From Endomicrobium sp. (lineage in GTDB: Bacteria > Elusimicrobiota > Endomicrobiia > Endomicrobiales > Endomicrobiaceae): 36,758 nt of DNA. Made by a program: the position numbers and the translations under genes. A model generated the notes under the pieces. That model did no database searches. It worked only from the letters and a program-made list of their open reading frames with translations, and was not told where the DNA came from. How positions within the stretch are numbered: position 1 is the stretch's first letter; each line of letters begins with the position of its first letter. The DNA is taken from the NCBI GenBank assembly GCA_031277075.1, contig JAISLV010000032.1, forward strand, positions 1-36,758, given 5' to 3'. Below, piece after piece: positions 1-8,008 of this stretch.

Positions 1-1268
1 CGGTAATCCCCGTTGATTTTTACGTAATCGTAAGAAAAATCGCAGGCGTAATATTTTGAGGAGGCTTTGCCCGCTTTTAAATTCAGCTCTATTTTTACTT
101 CTTTTTTCAGCAGCGCTTGCTTTGCTTTAGCCTCGCTGAATTTTAGCGGCGCGCCGTTTTTAAAAGTTTTTATGCCGCCCATCGTTATATCTATTTTGTC
201 GGGGTTAAAAGAAACGCCCGCTCTGCCTGCGGCGGCTATTACTCTTCCCCAGTTTGCGTCTGCGCCGAAAATCGCGGTTTTAAACAGCGGACTTGTGGCT
301 ATTGCGCGCGCTATATTTTTCGCGTCGCTTGTATTTTTAGCGTTTTTAACTTCAATTTCCACAAACTTTGTCGCTCCTTCGCCGTCTTTTGCTATTTGTT
401 TTGCAAGATCTATACAAACTTCGTCCAGCGCGTCTGCAAACTTTTTTAAATTTTCTCCGTCAAGTTTTCCCGCGCCGCTTTGCCCGTTTGCCAAAAGTAT
501 AACCGTATCGTTTGTAGACGTGTCGCCGTCTACTGAAACGCAGTTAAAAGAGTGGTTCACGGCTTTTTCAAGCGTTCTTTGCAGGTTTTTTGCGTCAATT
601 TTTGCGTCGGTTAAAATAAAAGAAAGCATTGTCGCATGAAGAGACGCCGATTTTTTTATTTTCGGCGTTTTAGAAATTCCCGCTAAATCGGGGTGAATCA
701 TCCCCGCGCCTTTAACGCAGCCCCAAATAGTAACAGTTCCTTTTTTTACTCTTATAGTTTTAGAGGATTTTTTTATAAAAGTGTCCGTAGTCATAATCGC
801 CGAGACGGCGTCGTCTTCGTTTTTAGCAGACTTCCCCAAAGCGGACTTTAACAACTTAACTCCGCTGTGAAATTTGTCCATATTTAAAAGCTGCCCGATA
901 ACGCCCGTTGAGGCGGCAAAAACAGCGTCTTTTGGCAGCCCAAAACTTTTTTCTATGCTTATACACATTTCTAAAGCGTCTTTTTTGCCCCTTGCCCCAG
1001 TGCATGCGTTTGCGCAGCCTGAATTTGCGATAATGCCGTAAAAGTCGCCGCCTCTTTTAAGGCGCGCTATATCGACTAATACGGGCGCGGCTTTTGCCAT
1101 ATTCTGCGTGAAAGTTCCGGCGGCAGCCGCAGGAAATTCAGACAAAAATAAAGCCAAATCTTTTTTGCCGTCTTTTTTTGAAATGCCGCACCTTAAACCG
1201 CCTACTTTAAAGCCTTTTGGAAGATTTCCTTTAGAAAAACTTTTCTTAGAAAAACCGCCGATTGCCAT
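1..1268 (-). CDS. argJ: Bifunctional ornithine acetyltransferase / N-acetylglutamate synthase ArgJ; the 3' end runs off the window by a few codons
   Basis: Absent from the ORF track because no stop codon lies inside the window. My minus-strand translation from the ATG at 1266-1268 gives MAIGGFSKK..GFKVGGLRCGI..IIANSGCANACTG..MTTDTF..HATMLSFILTDA (the self-cleavage ATML site)..DGDTSTNDT..GADANWGRV..CDFSYDYVKINGDY. An AAGGAG Shine-Dalgarno (SD) sequence lies upstream. The ATG overlaps the upstream stop codon (TAATG). Confidence 0.9.
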   Translation of the reverse strand, partial: MAIGGFSKKSFSKGNLPKGFKVGGLRCGISKKDGKKDLALFLSEFPAAAAGTFTQNMAKAAPVLVDIARLKRGGDFYGIIANSGCANACTGARGKKDALEMCISIEKSFGLPKDAVFAASTGVIGQLLNMDKFHSGVKLLKSALGKSAKNEDDAVSAIMTTDTFIKKSSKTIRVKKGTVTIWGCVKGAGMIHPDLAGISKTPKIKKSASLHATMLSFILTDAKIDAKNLQRTLEKAVNHSFNCVSVDGDTSTNDTVILLANGQSGAGKLDGENLKKFADALDEVCIDLAKQIAKDGEGATKFVEIEVKNAKNTSDAKNIARAIATSPLFKTAIFGADANWGRVIAAAGRAGVSFNPDKIDITMGGIKTFKNGAPLKFSEAKAKQALLKKEVKIELNLKAGKASSKYYACDFSYDYVKINGDY

Positions 1269-2020
1269 TATAAAATCTCCTTAATTACGGCTTTAGCTTT
1301 TATTATAAACTTTTTAAGCAGCCCGGCGCTAAACAAACTCCGTTTTGCTTTTTTCTCGGGTATCGCCTGCGGCGCGGGCGGCATAATTTTTGCCGCAATA
1401 ATTTTTTCAGCCGCTGTTTTTGAAACGGACGCCGCAGCTTGTTGCGACGCGATTTTTGCAAAAATAATTTCTTCCGTTGCGGCTCTTGCGGCGATTTTTG
1501 CGGCTTCTTTTGCCGCTTCTTTTGCCTGCTGTTCTTTTTTCTTTTTCGCCTCTGCCGCCGCCGCTTGCGCCTTTGCGGCTGCCGTTTTGTCTGCAGCGCG
1601 TTTTTTTGCAAGCTCTATTTGTCTGCGGCTGTCTGCTATTTTTTCGTCAACGTTTGCGCCGCCGAAATCAGATTCTTTTGAAGCGTTAAACCAATAGATT
1701 GCTTTTTCATAATCTTTTGGAACTTTAGACGTTCCGTTATAATACAAATTCCCTAAAACGTATTGGGCTTTTCCGAACCCGTTTTCTGCCGAAGCCGTAA
1801 GCCATTTAAGCTGATTTTGAGCGTCTTGTTTATACATATAAACCATACTAAGCTCAAACTGCGCGCCTCTGTCGCCGTCTTGAGCGTCGCGCGCTAAATC
1901 CGCTACGTCGTCGTCGTTATTAACTCTTACGGGTCTTCTCTCCTGCGAAAAAGACGCCGATACAAACAATAAAACCGCAAACGATACGGAAAAGAGTTTT
2001 TTTGCAAAACAATTGTTCAT
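1268..2020 (-). CDS. Secreted Sel1-like repeat (SLR/TPR-type) protein with an Ala/Lys-rich low-complexity C-terminal half
   Basis: ORF 1268..2077. I prefer the internal ATG at 2020 (MNNCFAKKLFSVSFAVLLFVSASFS signal peptide, AAAGGA SD 6 nt upstream). Sel1 repeats are GAQFELSMVYMY..NQLKWLTASAENGFGKAQYVLGNLYYNG..KDYEKAIYWF. The tail is AAAKAQAAAAEAKKKKEQQAKEAAKEAAK. Confidence 0.7.
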   Translation of the reverse strand: MNNCFAKKLFSVSFAVLLFVSASFSQERRPVRVNNDDDVADLARDAQDGDRGAQFELSMVYMYKQDAQNQLKWLTASAENGFGKAQYVLGNLYYNGTSKVPKDYEKAIYWFNASKESDFGGANVDEKIADSRRQIELAKKRAADKTAAAKAQAAAAEAKKKKEQQAKEAAKEAAKIAARAATEEIIFAKIASQQAAASVSKTAAEKIIAAKIMPPAPQAIPEKKAKRSLFSAGLLKKFIIKAKAVIKEIL

Positions 2021-2089
2021 AGAAATCCTTTTGTAATAGAGAGATATTGACGCAAAAAGCGCTTGCGGCAAAAACAAAATTTTTACTGT

Positions 2090-3112
2090 TTAAATAAGCC
2101 CTTCAGCTTCGTCTAACCCAAACATTATATTCATATTTTGAACGGCTTGCCCCGAAGCGCCTTTCGTTAAATTGTCTATTGCAGAAATTACTATCAGCTT
2201 GTTTGTCCGTTCGTCAACTTTCAAAGCAATTTCACAATAATTGGTATTTACAACGCTTTTAATTGAAGGCAGCGCGCCCGCGTCTAAAATTTTTATAAAA
2301 GGTTTGTCTTTATAAAATTCTTTATATTTTCGCGCAATTTCTTGCGCTGCGGCGTTTTGTTTTAAATCGGCGTAAATTGTTGAAAGCATGCCGCGCTCTA
2401 CGGGCATAATATGAGGAGTGAAAGTAACTCTAACCGAACTGCCCGAAAGAATTTCAAGCTCCTGTTCTATTTCTGGGATATGCCTGTGAGTTCCCGCAAC
2501 TTTATACGCCCTGAAATTCGGGTGTTCGGCGTTAAAATATTCTTTTGCCGCGTTTCTGCCCGCCCCGGAAATTCCGCTTTTTGAATCTATTACAATTCCG
2601 TTAAAATCAACAAGCCCGTCTTTTAACGCAGGCGCAAGCCCAAGAGCTATAGTCGTAGGATAACAGCCCGGATTTGCGACAAGCGCGGCTTGTTTTATCA
2701 ATTCTTCGTTTAGCTCCGACAGTCCGTAGACGGCTTTTGAAATATATTCTTTCGCCGTGTGGCTGACTTTATACCATTTTTCATAGACGCCGGCGTTTTT
2801 TAGACGGAAATCTGCGGAAAGATCTATAACTTTAAGCCCTGCTTCTAAGAGTTTTGGAACTATTTCAAAAGACACAGCGTGCGGTAAAGCTAGAAAAACT
2901 GCGTTGGAATTTTCTTTAATTTTTGAAATGTCCAAAGGCTCTACTTTTAAATTTAATTTTTCAAACGCAGGATAAATATCTTTTAAATCCCGCATTTGCC
3001 CAGAAGCTCTGCCGTAAAGACCAGCAAGTTTTACCTGCGGATGCTTAGATAGAATTTTTAACAATTCCTCGCCCGTATACCCCGTAATGCCGACTATTGA
3101 AACTTTTATCAT
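2090..3112 (-). CDS. argC: N-acetyl-gamma-glutamyl-phosphate reductase
   Basis: 340-aa ORF. It has an N-terminal Rossmann motif [14 protein letters not shown], the active-site region ANPGCYPT, and a typical ArgC length and C-terminus ([16 protein letters not shown]). Confidence 0.93.
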   Translation of the reverse strand: MIKVSIVGITGYTGEELLKILSKHPQVKLAGLYGRASGQMRDLKDIYPAFEKLNLKVEPLDISKIKENSNAVFLALPHAVSFEIVPKLLEAGLKVIDLSADFRLKNAGVYEKWYKVSHTAKEYISKAVYGLSELNEELIKQAALVANPGCYPTTIALGLAPALKDGLVDFNGIVIDSKSGISGAGRNAAKEYFNAEHPNFRAYKVAGTHRHIPEIEQELEILSGSSVRVTFTPHIMPVERGMLSTIYADLKQNAAAQEIARKYKEFYKDKPFIKILDAGALPSIKSVVNTNYCEIALKVDERTNKLIVISAIDNLTKGASGQAVQNMNIMFGLDEAEGLI

Positions 3113-3127
3113 TTTTGTTCTCCATAA

Positions 3128-3500
3128 AAAAATGCAGCTAAGTAGCTAAGCGGCTAGGCAAAGGCAAACGGCAACGACGCAAAAACAGTAAAGGCAAAGA
3201 GCAAAAACGCGGTTAATCAGCTAGACACGGAAGCGCAGACGCATTTTTTGCCGCCGTCGTTGTTTGTTTGTCATGCTGAATTCATTTCAGCATCTGCCGT
3301 TAAACGACTAACAACAACCGCTGAAACAAGTTCAAGCTGACGAAAAAAAGGCAAAAACGAAATACCCCGTCGACGCAAACATTGTCTGCGCCGCCACCCC
3401 TTTTGAAAAAAGGGGAACTAACGACAACCGACAACTTTTGCTCTCTCGCCGTTTTTGTCATGCGTCTATGCATCCTTGTCTTTGCCTAGCTGCCCAGTTG
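3128..3500. repeat. Modular intergenic hairpin/word repeat (family 1), large composite copy
   Basis: Built from words GCTAAGC / GGCTAGGCAAAGGCAA / GGCAACGAC. It carries the hairpin ATGCTGAAttcatTTCAGCAT (3273-3293) and the CCCCTTTTgaaAAAAGGGG module. The left and right ends are imperfect inverted copies of each other. The same modules recur at 9 or more other loci in the window. Confidence 0.7.
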
Positions 3501-3501
3501 C

Positions 3502-4203
3502 TTAGCCGCATTCGTTGCCGCCTTTAACTAATATTACGCATTCCCCCAGCAAACCTTGCTTGCAGGCTTTGCCTGTTTTTATATTTTCTAAAACTTCCGC
3601 AATGCTTCCCCTGATATATTCTTCAAACTTTTTTGTTATTTCCCGAGCTAAACATATTTGCGCGTTTTGCCCGAACACTTCCCCGCACAGTTCAACGGTT
3701 TTTAACGCTCTGCGCGGCGACTCGTAAAAAATAACCGTTTTCCCAAGCGCTTTCGCCTCTTTGAGTTCTTTTCTCATTTTGCCGGGTTTTCTTTTTAAAA
3801 ACCCGCAAAATATAAAACCGTCCGTCGGCAAAGCCGAACCTACTAAAGCAGTAATAAGCGCGCTTGCGCCGGGAAGAGTTTCAACTTTTATATTTTTTTC
3901 AACGGCAGATTTTACTAAAAGCCAGCCCGGGTCTGAAATGGCGGGCGTGCCGCAGTCTGATACCAGCGCTATATTTTGTCCGCTTTCAAGTTTTGAGATA
4001 ATTTGCGGAATTCTGTTTTGCTGATTATAAGAATAAAAACTTATAAGCGGCTTTGAAATTCCGTAATGCGTAAGAAGTTTCAAACTTTGCCTTGTGTCTT
4101 CGCAGGCAATTAAATCGCATTCCTTAAGAACGCGCAAAGCCCTTAAAGTTATATCCTCAAGATTTCCTATGGGAGTTGGAACTACGTAAAGAACGCCTAG
4201 CAT
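3502..4203 (-). CDS. rsmI: 16S rRNA (cytidine1402-2'-O)-methyltransferase
   Basis: 233 aa. LYVVPTPIGNLEDITLRALRVLKECDLIACEDTR, NIALVSDCGTPAISDPG, LPGASALITAL and IFYESPRR closely follow the RsmI (tetrapyrrole-methylase fold) pattern. Confidence 0.9.
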   Translation of the reverse strand: MLGVLYVVPTPIGNLEDITLRALRVLKECDLIACEDTRQSLKLLTHYGISKPLISFYSYNQQNRIPQIISKLESGQNIALVSDCGTPAISDPGWLLVKSAVEKNIKVETLPGASALITALVGSALPTDGFIFCGFLKRKPGKMRKELKEAKALGKTVIFYESPRRALKTVELCGEVFGQNAQICLAREITKKFEEYIRGSIAEVLENIKTGKACKQGLLGECVILVKGGNECG

Positions 4204-4377
4204 TTGCTCATATTATATATAATTTTGTAAAAGAATGGATTTTTACGCCGCATTAGCGTTTTTCTGGCAAAATAAACAAAGGGGCGTCTTGCGCTCCGCT
4301 CTAAATTTAAAAACTGCCAAACAGGCGCGTTTCAGCGGCTGCCTTTATTTCAGCTTGACAATATGAAATTCAAATGA

Positions 4378-4950
4378 TTATTTTCCGCACTCTTGCGTTA
4401 TATGCTGCGACGGGAAGCAAAGCTCTTTTATATTTTCTAAATCTGCTGCGGTTAGAAGGGTTTTGTCGTAAGTCGTTCTAAAGTGATGAGGAAGGGTTGA
4501 GGTTTTTATCGTTTCAATTGAGCGTTTAATATTTTCAATATCCCCTTTGTAGAAAAGATAGTATTTCTGCAAAGGGGATTTTATGTCCATAGCTATAAAA
4601 TCTATCAGTTTTTCATCTATAAGTTCGCGCGCAATTTGGGGATTTGTCCCGTTTGTGTCAAGTTTTACTGCATAATTTAATTCTTTAACGCGTTTGATAA
4701 AATCTTTTAAATCTTTTTGAACCGCAGGTTCGCCGCCTGTTATCACAACTCCCTGTAAGACCTTTTGCCGCTTTTTTAGAAAAGCAAAAACTTCGTCTTC
4801 TTTAATAGCGTCTTCAAATAAATTAGGATAAACAAGCTGCGGATTGTGGCAGTACGGACAAAACATATTGCAGCCTTGCGTAAAAATTACCGCGGCGGTT
4901 TTTTGCGGATAGTTTATTAAAGATAATTTTTGCAATCCTCCTATCTGCAT
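4378..4950 (-). CDS. nrdG: Anaerobic ribonucleoside-triphosphate reductase activating protein (radical SAM)
   Basis: The track ORF is 4378..5097, but the first 49 codons overlap the glycyl-radical mini-ORF in another frame. The canonical NrdG N-terminus MQIGGLQKLSLINYPQKTAAVIFTQGCNMFCPYCHNPQL starts at ATG 4950 (CxxxCxxC radical-SAM cluster motif). Confidence 0.85.
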   Translation of the reverse strand: MQIGGLQKLSLINYPQKTAAVIFTQGCNMFCPYCHNPQLVYPNLFEDAIKEDEVFAFLKKRQKVLQGVVITGGEPAVQKDLKDFIKRVKELNYAVKLDTNGTNPQIARELIDEKLIDFIAMDIKSPLQKYYLFYKGDIENIKRSIETIKTSTLPHHFRTTYDKTLLTAADLENIKELCFPSQHITQECGK

Positions 4951-5008
4951 TTTGATTTTTAAAAAAAACCTCTTTGATAAAAATTTAACGCAAAGCGCAG
5001 TTTGCGCT

Positions 5009-5188
5009 TTATTTGCAAGGGCAGTAGTGTTTGCGGATTTTAAATTCCTCTTTTTTGCCTTCGTTCCACAAAGCCACAGGGCGCAAATACCCGACAACTC
5101 TTGAATACACTTCGCATTTTTCGCCTTGCGCGGTTACTTTTTGCGCTTCAAGCTCCGAAATTTTTACCGCGATTTCTTTTTGCGTCAT
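5009..5188 (-). CDS. Stand-alone 59-aa ORF encoding the NrdD C-terminal glycyl-radical loop
   Basis: Below the track size cut-off, so hand-translated: MTQKEIAVKISELEAQKVTAQGEKCEVYSRVVGYLRPVALWNEGKKEEFKIRKHYCPCK*. It has its own SD (AAGGAGA, 7-nt spacer). It lies 40 nt downstream of the nrdD stop and in a different frame. SRVVGY..P..WN.GK..E is the conserved class III RNR glycyl-radical C-terminus. Confidence 0.7.
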   Translation of the reverse strand: MTQKEIAVKISELEAQKVTAQGEKCEVYSRVVGYLRPVALWNEGKKEEFKIRKHYCPCK

Positions 5189-5228
5189 AGTAATGTCTCC
5201 TTTTTTTGGCTTTTAACGGCAATTAAAG

Positions 5229-7295
5229 TTAAGAAGCAAGCTCGCTTTTAATTTTTAATTGCCGTATTTGCCTTTCTATTTCTTCAATTTTTGCTTGCTT
5301 GCATTTTGGGCATTCATTGTGTTCGCCTTCAATATATCCGCATTTTGGGCAAACGCTAAAAGTGGGCGTTACGGAAAAATACGGCAGCGAATAATTTTCG
5401 CACACCGTCTTTATAAAATTTTTCAGCGCTTGCGCGTCTTTTACTCTTTCGCCCATAAAAATATGCACTACAGTTCCGCCGGTGTATTTTGTCTGCATAG
5501 CGTCTTGCAAATCTAAATTCTCAAAAATATCGTCGGTATAATTTACTGGCAGCTGGCTGGAATTTGTGTAAAAAGGCTTCTCTTGCGCCTTGTCTGCGCC
5601 GTTTGAATTTGCAGAAATTATATTTGGGAACTTTTGTTTGTCTATTTTTGCAAGCCTGTAAGACGTGCCTTCCGCAGGCGTAGCTTCAAGATTATAATTG
5701 TTTCCTGTTTCCTGCTGATATTGTATAAGAACGTCTCGCATAAAATCTAAAACGCGTTCGCCAAAAGCTTTTCCTTTTTGGCTTCCTACGCCTTGCCCAA
5801 ACAAGTTTAAGCACGCCTCGTTTAAACCCACAATGCCGATAGTAGAAAAATGATTTTTCCAATACTCGTTAAAGCGTTCTTTAACGCTTCTTAAGTAAAA
5901 GCTCATATACGGGTACAAGTTTGCCGACGTAAATTTTTCTAAAACTTTCCTTTTTATTTCAAGGCTTTCCTTTGCAATATCCATCTGCTTTTTTAATATA
6001 GAGACAAAATCTTCTTCGTTTTTTGCAAGATAGCCTATTCGCGGCAAATTAATAGTGACCACGCCTATAGAACCCGTTAGAGGAGCCGCGCCAAAAAGTC
6101 CTCCGCCGCGTTTTTGAAGTTCGCGGTTGTCTATGCGGAGACGGCAGCACATGCTTCTTGCGTCTTCGGGTTTCATATCTGAATTTATAAAATTTGCAAA
6201 ATAGGGTATGCCGTATTTTGCGGTAATGTCCCAAAGAGCCGAAATATTTTTGTTTTCCCAATCAAAATCTTTTGTGATATTATAAGTAGGTATAGGAAAA
6301 GTAAAAACTCTTCCTTTGGCGTCGCCGTCAAGCATAAGCTCCAAAAAAGCCTGATTTAACATGTCCATTTCTTTTTGAAATTCGCAGTATTTTTTTTCTT
6401 GGCGCAGCCCGCCGATAATTACGGGTTCGTCTTTATAATGCGGAGCTACGGTTAAATCCATAGTCAAATTTGTAAAAGGCGTTTGAAACCCGACCCTTGT
6501 CGGAACGTTTACGTTAAACAAAAATTCCTGTAAAGCCTGTTTTACTTCTTCGTAAGACAATTTATCGTAATAGATAAACGGAGCAAGCAAAGTGTCAAAA
6601 TTTGAAAACGCCTGCGCGCCCGCGCTTTCCCCTTGCAGAGTGTAAAAGAAATTTACAATTTGCCCAAGCGCAGTTCTAAAATGCTTTGCGGGTTTTGCTT
6701 CGGCTTTGCCCGACACCCCTTTAAATCCGCTTATCAATAAATCTTGCAAATCCCAGCCTACGCAATAAGCGCCAAGCAGACCTAAATCGTGCAAGTGCAG
6801 CTCGCCGCTGGAGTGAGCGTTTCTAACATTTTCAGGGTAAATTTTGTTAAGCCAATAAATTTTGCTTATTTCAGACGATATATAATTGTTTAGCCCCTGC
6901 AGAGAATACGACATATTGCTGTTTTCGTTCACCTGCCAGTCTATTTTGTGAAGATATTGTTCAACTAAATCAACGTTAAAAGCGGATGAGATTTCTCTTA
7001 TTTTACGGCGTTCGTCGCGATATAAAATATAGGCTTTTGCGGTTTTTTTATACACTGAAGAAAGCAAAACTTCTTCTACAACATCTTGCACTTGTTCTAC
7101 AGTAGGCTTTTTTTCGTCAACCGTATTGCGTAAAATTGACAACGTTTTAAGCATGAGTTTGTCTGCAATATCTTGCCCAAACTCGCCTGCGGCTTTCCCC
7201 GCTTTACAAATAGCCGCTGCGATTTTTTTAGGATTAAAAGGTTCAACCGCAGAATTCCTTTTTATAATCGCGCTGAAAATTTGCGCATTTTCCAT
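5229..7295 (-). CDS. nrdD: Anaerobic (class III) ribonucleoside-triphosphate reductase, large piece lacking the glycyl-radical motif
   Basis: 688 aa with an N-terminal ATP-cone (IKRNSAVEPFNPKKI). Core motifs are CCRLRID, GGGLFGA and NLEATPAEG. A C-terminal Zn ribbon reads CPKCGYIEGEHNECPKC. The ORF ends at ..KIKSELAS* without an RVxGY motif. A strong SD (AGGGGG) is present. Confidence 0.92.
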   Translation of the reverse strand: MENAQIFSAIIKRNSAVEPFNPKKIAAAICKAGKAAGEFGQDIADKLMLKTLSILRNTVDEKKPTVEQVQDVVEEVLLSSVYKKTAKAYILYRDERRKIREISSAFNVDLVEQYLHKIDWQVNENSNMSYSLQGLNNYISSEISKIYWLNKIYPENVRNAHSSGELHLHDLGLLGAYCVGWDLQDLLISGFKGVSGKAEAKPAKHFRTALGQIVNFFYTLQGESAGAQAFSNFDTLLAPFIYYDKLSYEEVKQALQEFLFNVNVPTRVGFQTPFTNLTMDLTVAPHYKDEPVIIGGLRQEKKYCEFQKEMDMLNQAFLELMLDGDAKGRVFTFPIPTYNITKDFDWENKNISALWDITAKYGIPYFANFINSDMKPEDARSMCCRLRIDNRELQKRGGGLFGAAPLTGSIGVVTINLPRIGYLAKNEEDFVSILKKQMDIAKESLEIKRKVLEKFTSANLYPYMSFYLRSVKERFNEYWKNHFSTIGIVGLNEACLNLFGQGVGSQKGKAFGERVLDFMRDVLIQYQQETGNNYNLEATPAEGTSYRLAKIDKQKFPNIISANSNGADKAQEKPFYTNSSQLPVNYTDDIFENLDLQDAMQTKYTGGTVVHIFMGERVKDAQALKNFIKTVCENYSLPYFSVTPTFSVCPKCGYIEGEHNECPKCKQAKIEEIERQIRQLKIKSELAS

Positions 7296-7320
7296 TTTTC
7301 CCCCTTAAACAATCCAATCA

Positions 7321-7432
7321 ATAGCCGCATTGTCCCCATTGCCGCTTAACTTCTTAGCTGCATTCGTTGCTTTTTGGTCGTTGCTTAGCTGCCTAGCTGC
7401 TTTTTCGTGTCGTTGCCATGCATTCATGCATC
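7321..7432. repeat. Family-1 modular repeat inserted in the nrdD 5' leader
   Basis: Contains AACTTCTTAGCTGCATTCGTTGC, GCTTAGCTGCCTAGCTGC and CGTTGCCATGCATtcATGCAT. It lies between the riboswitch/attenuator and the nrdD SD. Confidence 0.65.
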
Positions 7433-7440
7433 ATATTAAA

Positions 7441-7475
7441 TAACAAAACCCCCGCCTGCGCAAAGCAAACGAGGA
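7441..7475 (-). terminator. Candidate riboswitch expression-platform terminator
   Basis: Minus strand reads CCTCGTTTGC-TTTGC-GCAGGCGGGG followed by TTTTGTTATTT. This is a ~10-bp stem that includes G-U pairs. It sits about 100 nt downstream of the B12 box. Confidence 0.3.
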
Positions 7476-7570
7476 TTATCCCTTGTAACCTCTTAAAAAT
7501 ACAAAATTTTAAGTTATTATCCGCGATAACTTAAATAATGCCGAAACTTTTTTTAAAGTTTCTTAGTTTT

Positions 7571-7785
7571 TTGGCAGGTCTTCTGGCTTGGGAATAATAA
7601 ACGTTTTACCGTTTAACCTACTGCCGCGCCTTCCCATTTGCAAACTTCTCAAACAGTGGCTTTTCCAAATAAAAGAGCTTTGTTTAAACATTGCTCTTTT
7701 TTGGGCGGTTTTCGTTTTTCCCTTACAGCATCGGGAATGCTTCCGACTTTCACGGAATTTCCTGTTAGGCTAACTAGCGCGCCAA
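7571..7785 (-). promoter_or_regulatory. Cobalamin (B12) riboswitch upstream of nrdD
   Basis: Minus-strand RNA carries four signature elements: AGGAAAUUCCGUGAAAGUCGGAAGCAUUCCCGAUGCUGUAAGGG (the GGUGAAA-type core), GCCACUG (7654-7660), GGGAAGGC (7628-7635) and the B12 box AAGCCAGAAGACCUGCC (7571-7589). Confidence 0.8.
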
Positions 7786-7794
7786 AAACTATAT

Positions 7795-7823
7795 ATTGTA
7801 GTTAAAACAACTAAAAGCTACAA
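7795..7823 (-). promoter_or_regulatory. Sigma70-type promoter driving the riboswitch-nrdD transcript
   Basis: Minus strand has TTGTAG (7818-7823), a 17-nt spacer, then TACAAT (7795-7800), immediately upstream of the riboswitch 5' end. Confidence 0.5.
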
Positions 7824-7861
7824 CCAATGGTATATAATTGAAAAGAAAATGTCAACTTAAA

Positions 7862-8008
7862 AAAAGAAGCTAAGAAGTCAGGCGGCTGAGAAGTTAGGCA
7901 ACGACCATAACGGCAAAGGCGGATGCATGGCAACGGACGATAACGGCAGCAAAGAATGCAGCTAAGAAGTTGAGCAACTGGGAAATTAGGTAACGACAAC
8001 AAATAACG
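7862..8008. repeat. Family-1 modular repeat, inverted relative to the 7321-7432 copy
   Basis: Contains GCTAAGAAGT, GGCAACGACC, ATGCATGGCAACG (7923-7935) and GCAAAGAATGCAGCTAAGAAGTT (7949-7971). The last two are reverse complements of 7411-7423 and 7348-7370 respectively. Confidence 0.65.

Noticed and set aside
67-639. 190-aa plus-strand ORF at the window start
   Set aside because: It is antisense to a clearly recognisable argJ coding frame on the minus strand. It has a low-complexity Ser/Phe/Ala-rich translation and no SD, so it is a shadow ORF.
1303-1689. Three overlapping ORFs (102, 80 and 70 aa) rich in Arg/Lys or Phe/Cys/Leu
   Set aside because: They are alternative frames and the antisense strand of the GCn/AAr-rich low-complexity tail of the Sel1-repeat gene. 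They are composition artefacts.
4951-5097. 49-codon N-terminal extension of nrdG in the track ORF
   Set aside because: The canonical NrdG N-terminus begins at ATG 4950. The extension overlaps the conserved glycyl-radical mini-ORF in another frame and looks non-protein-like.
7588-7773. 61-aa plus-strand ORF
   Set aside because: It lies antisense to the cobalamin riboswitch, whose conserved RNA motifs explain the sequence.
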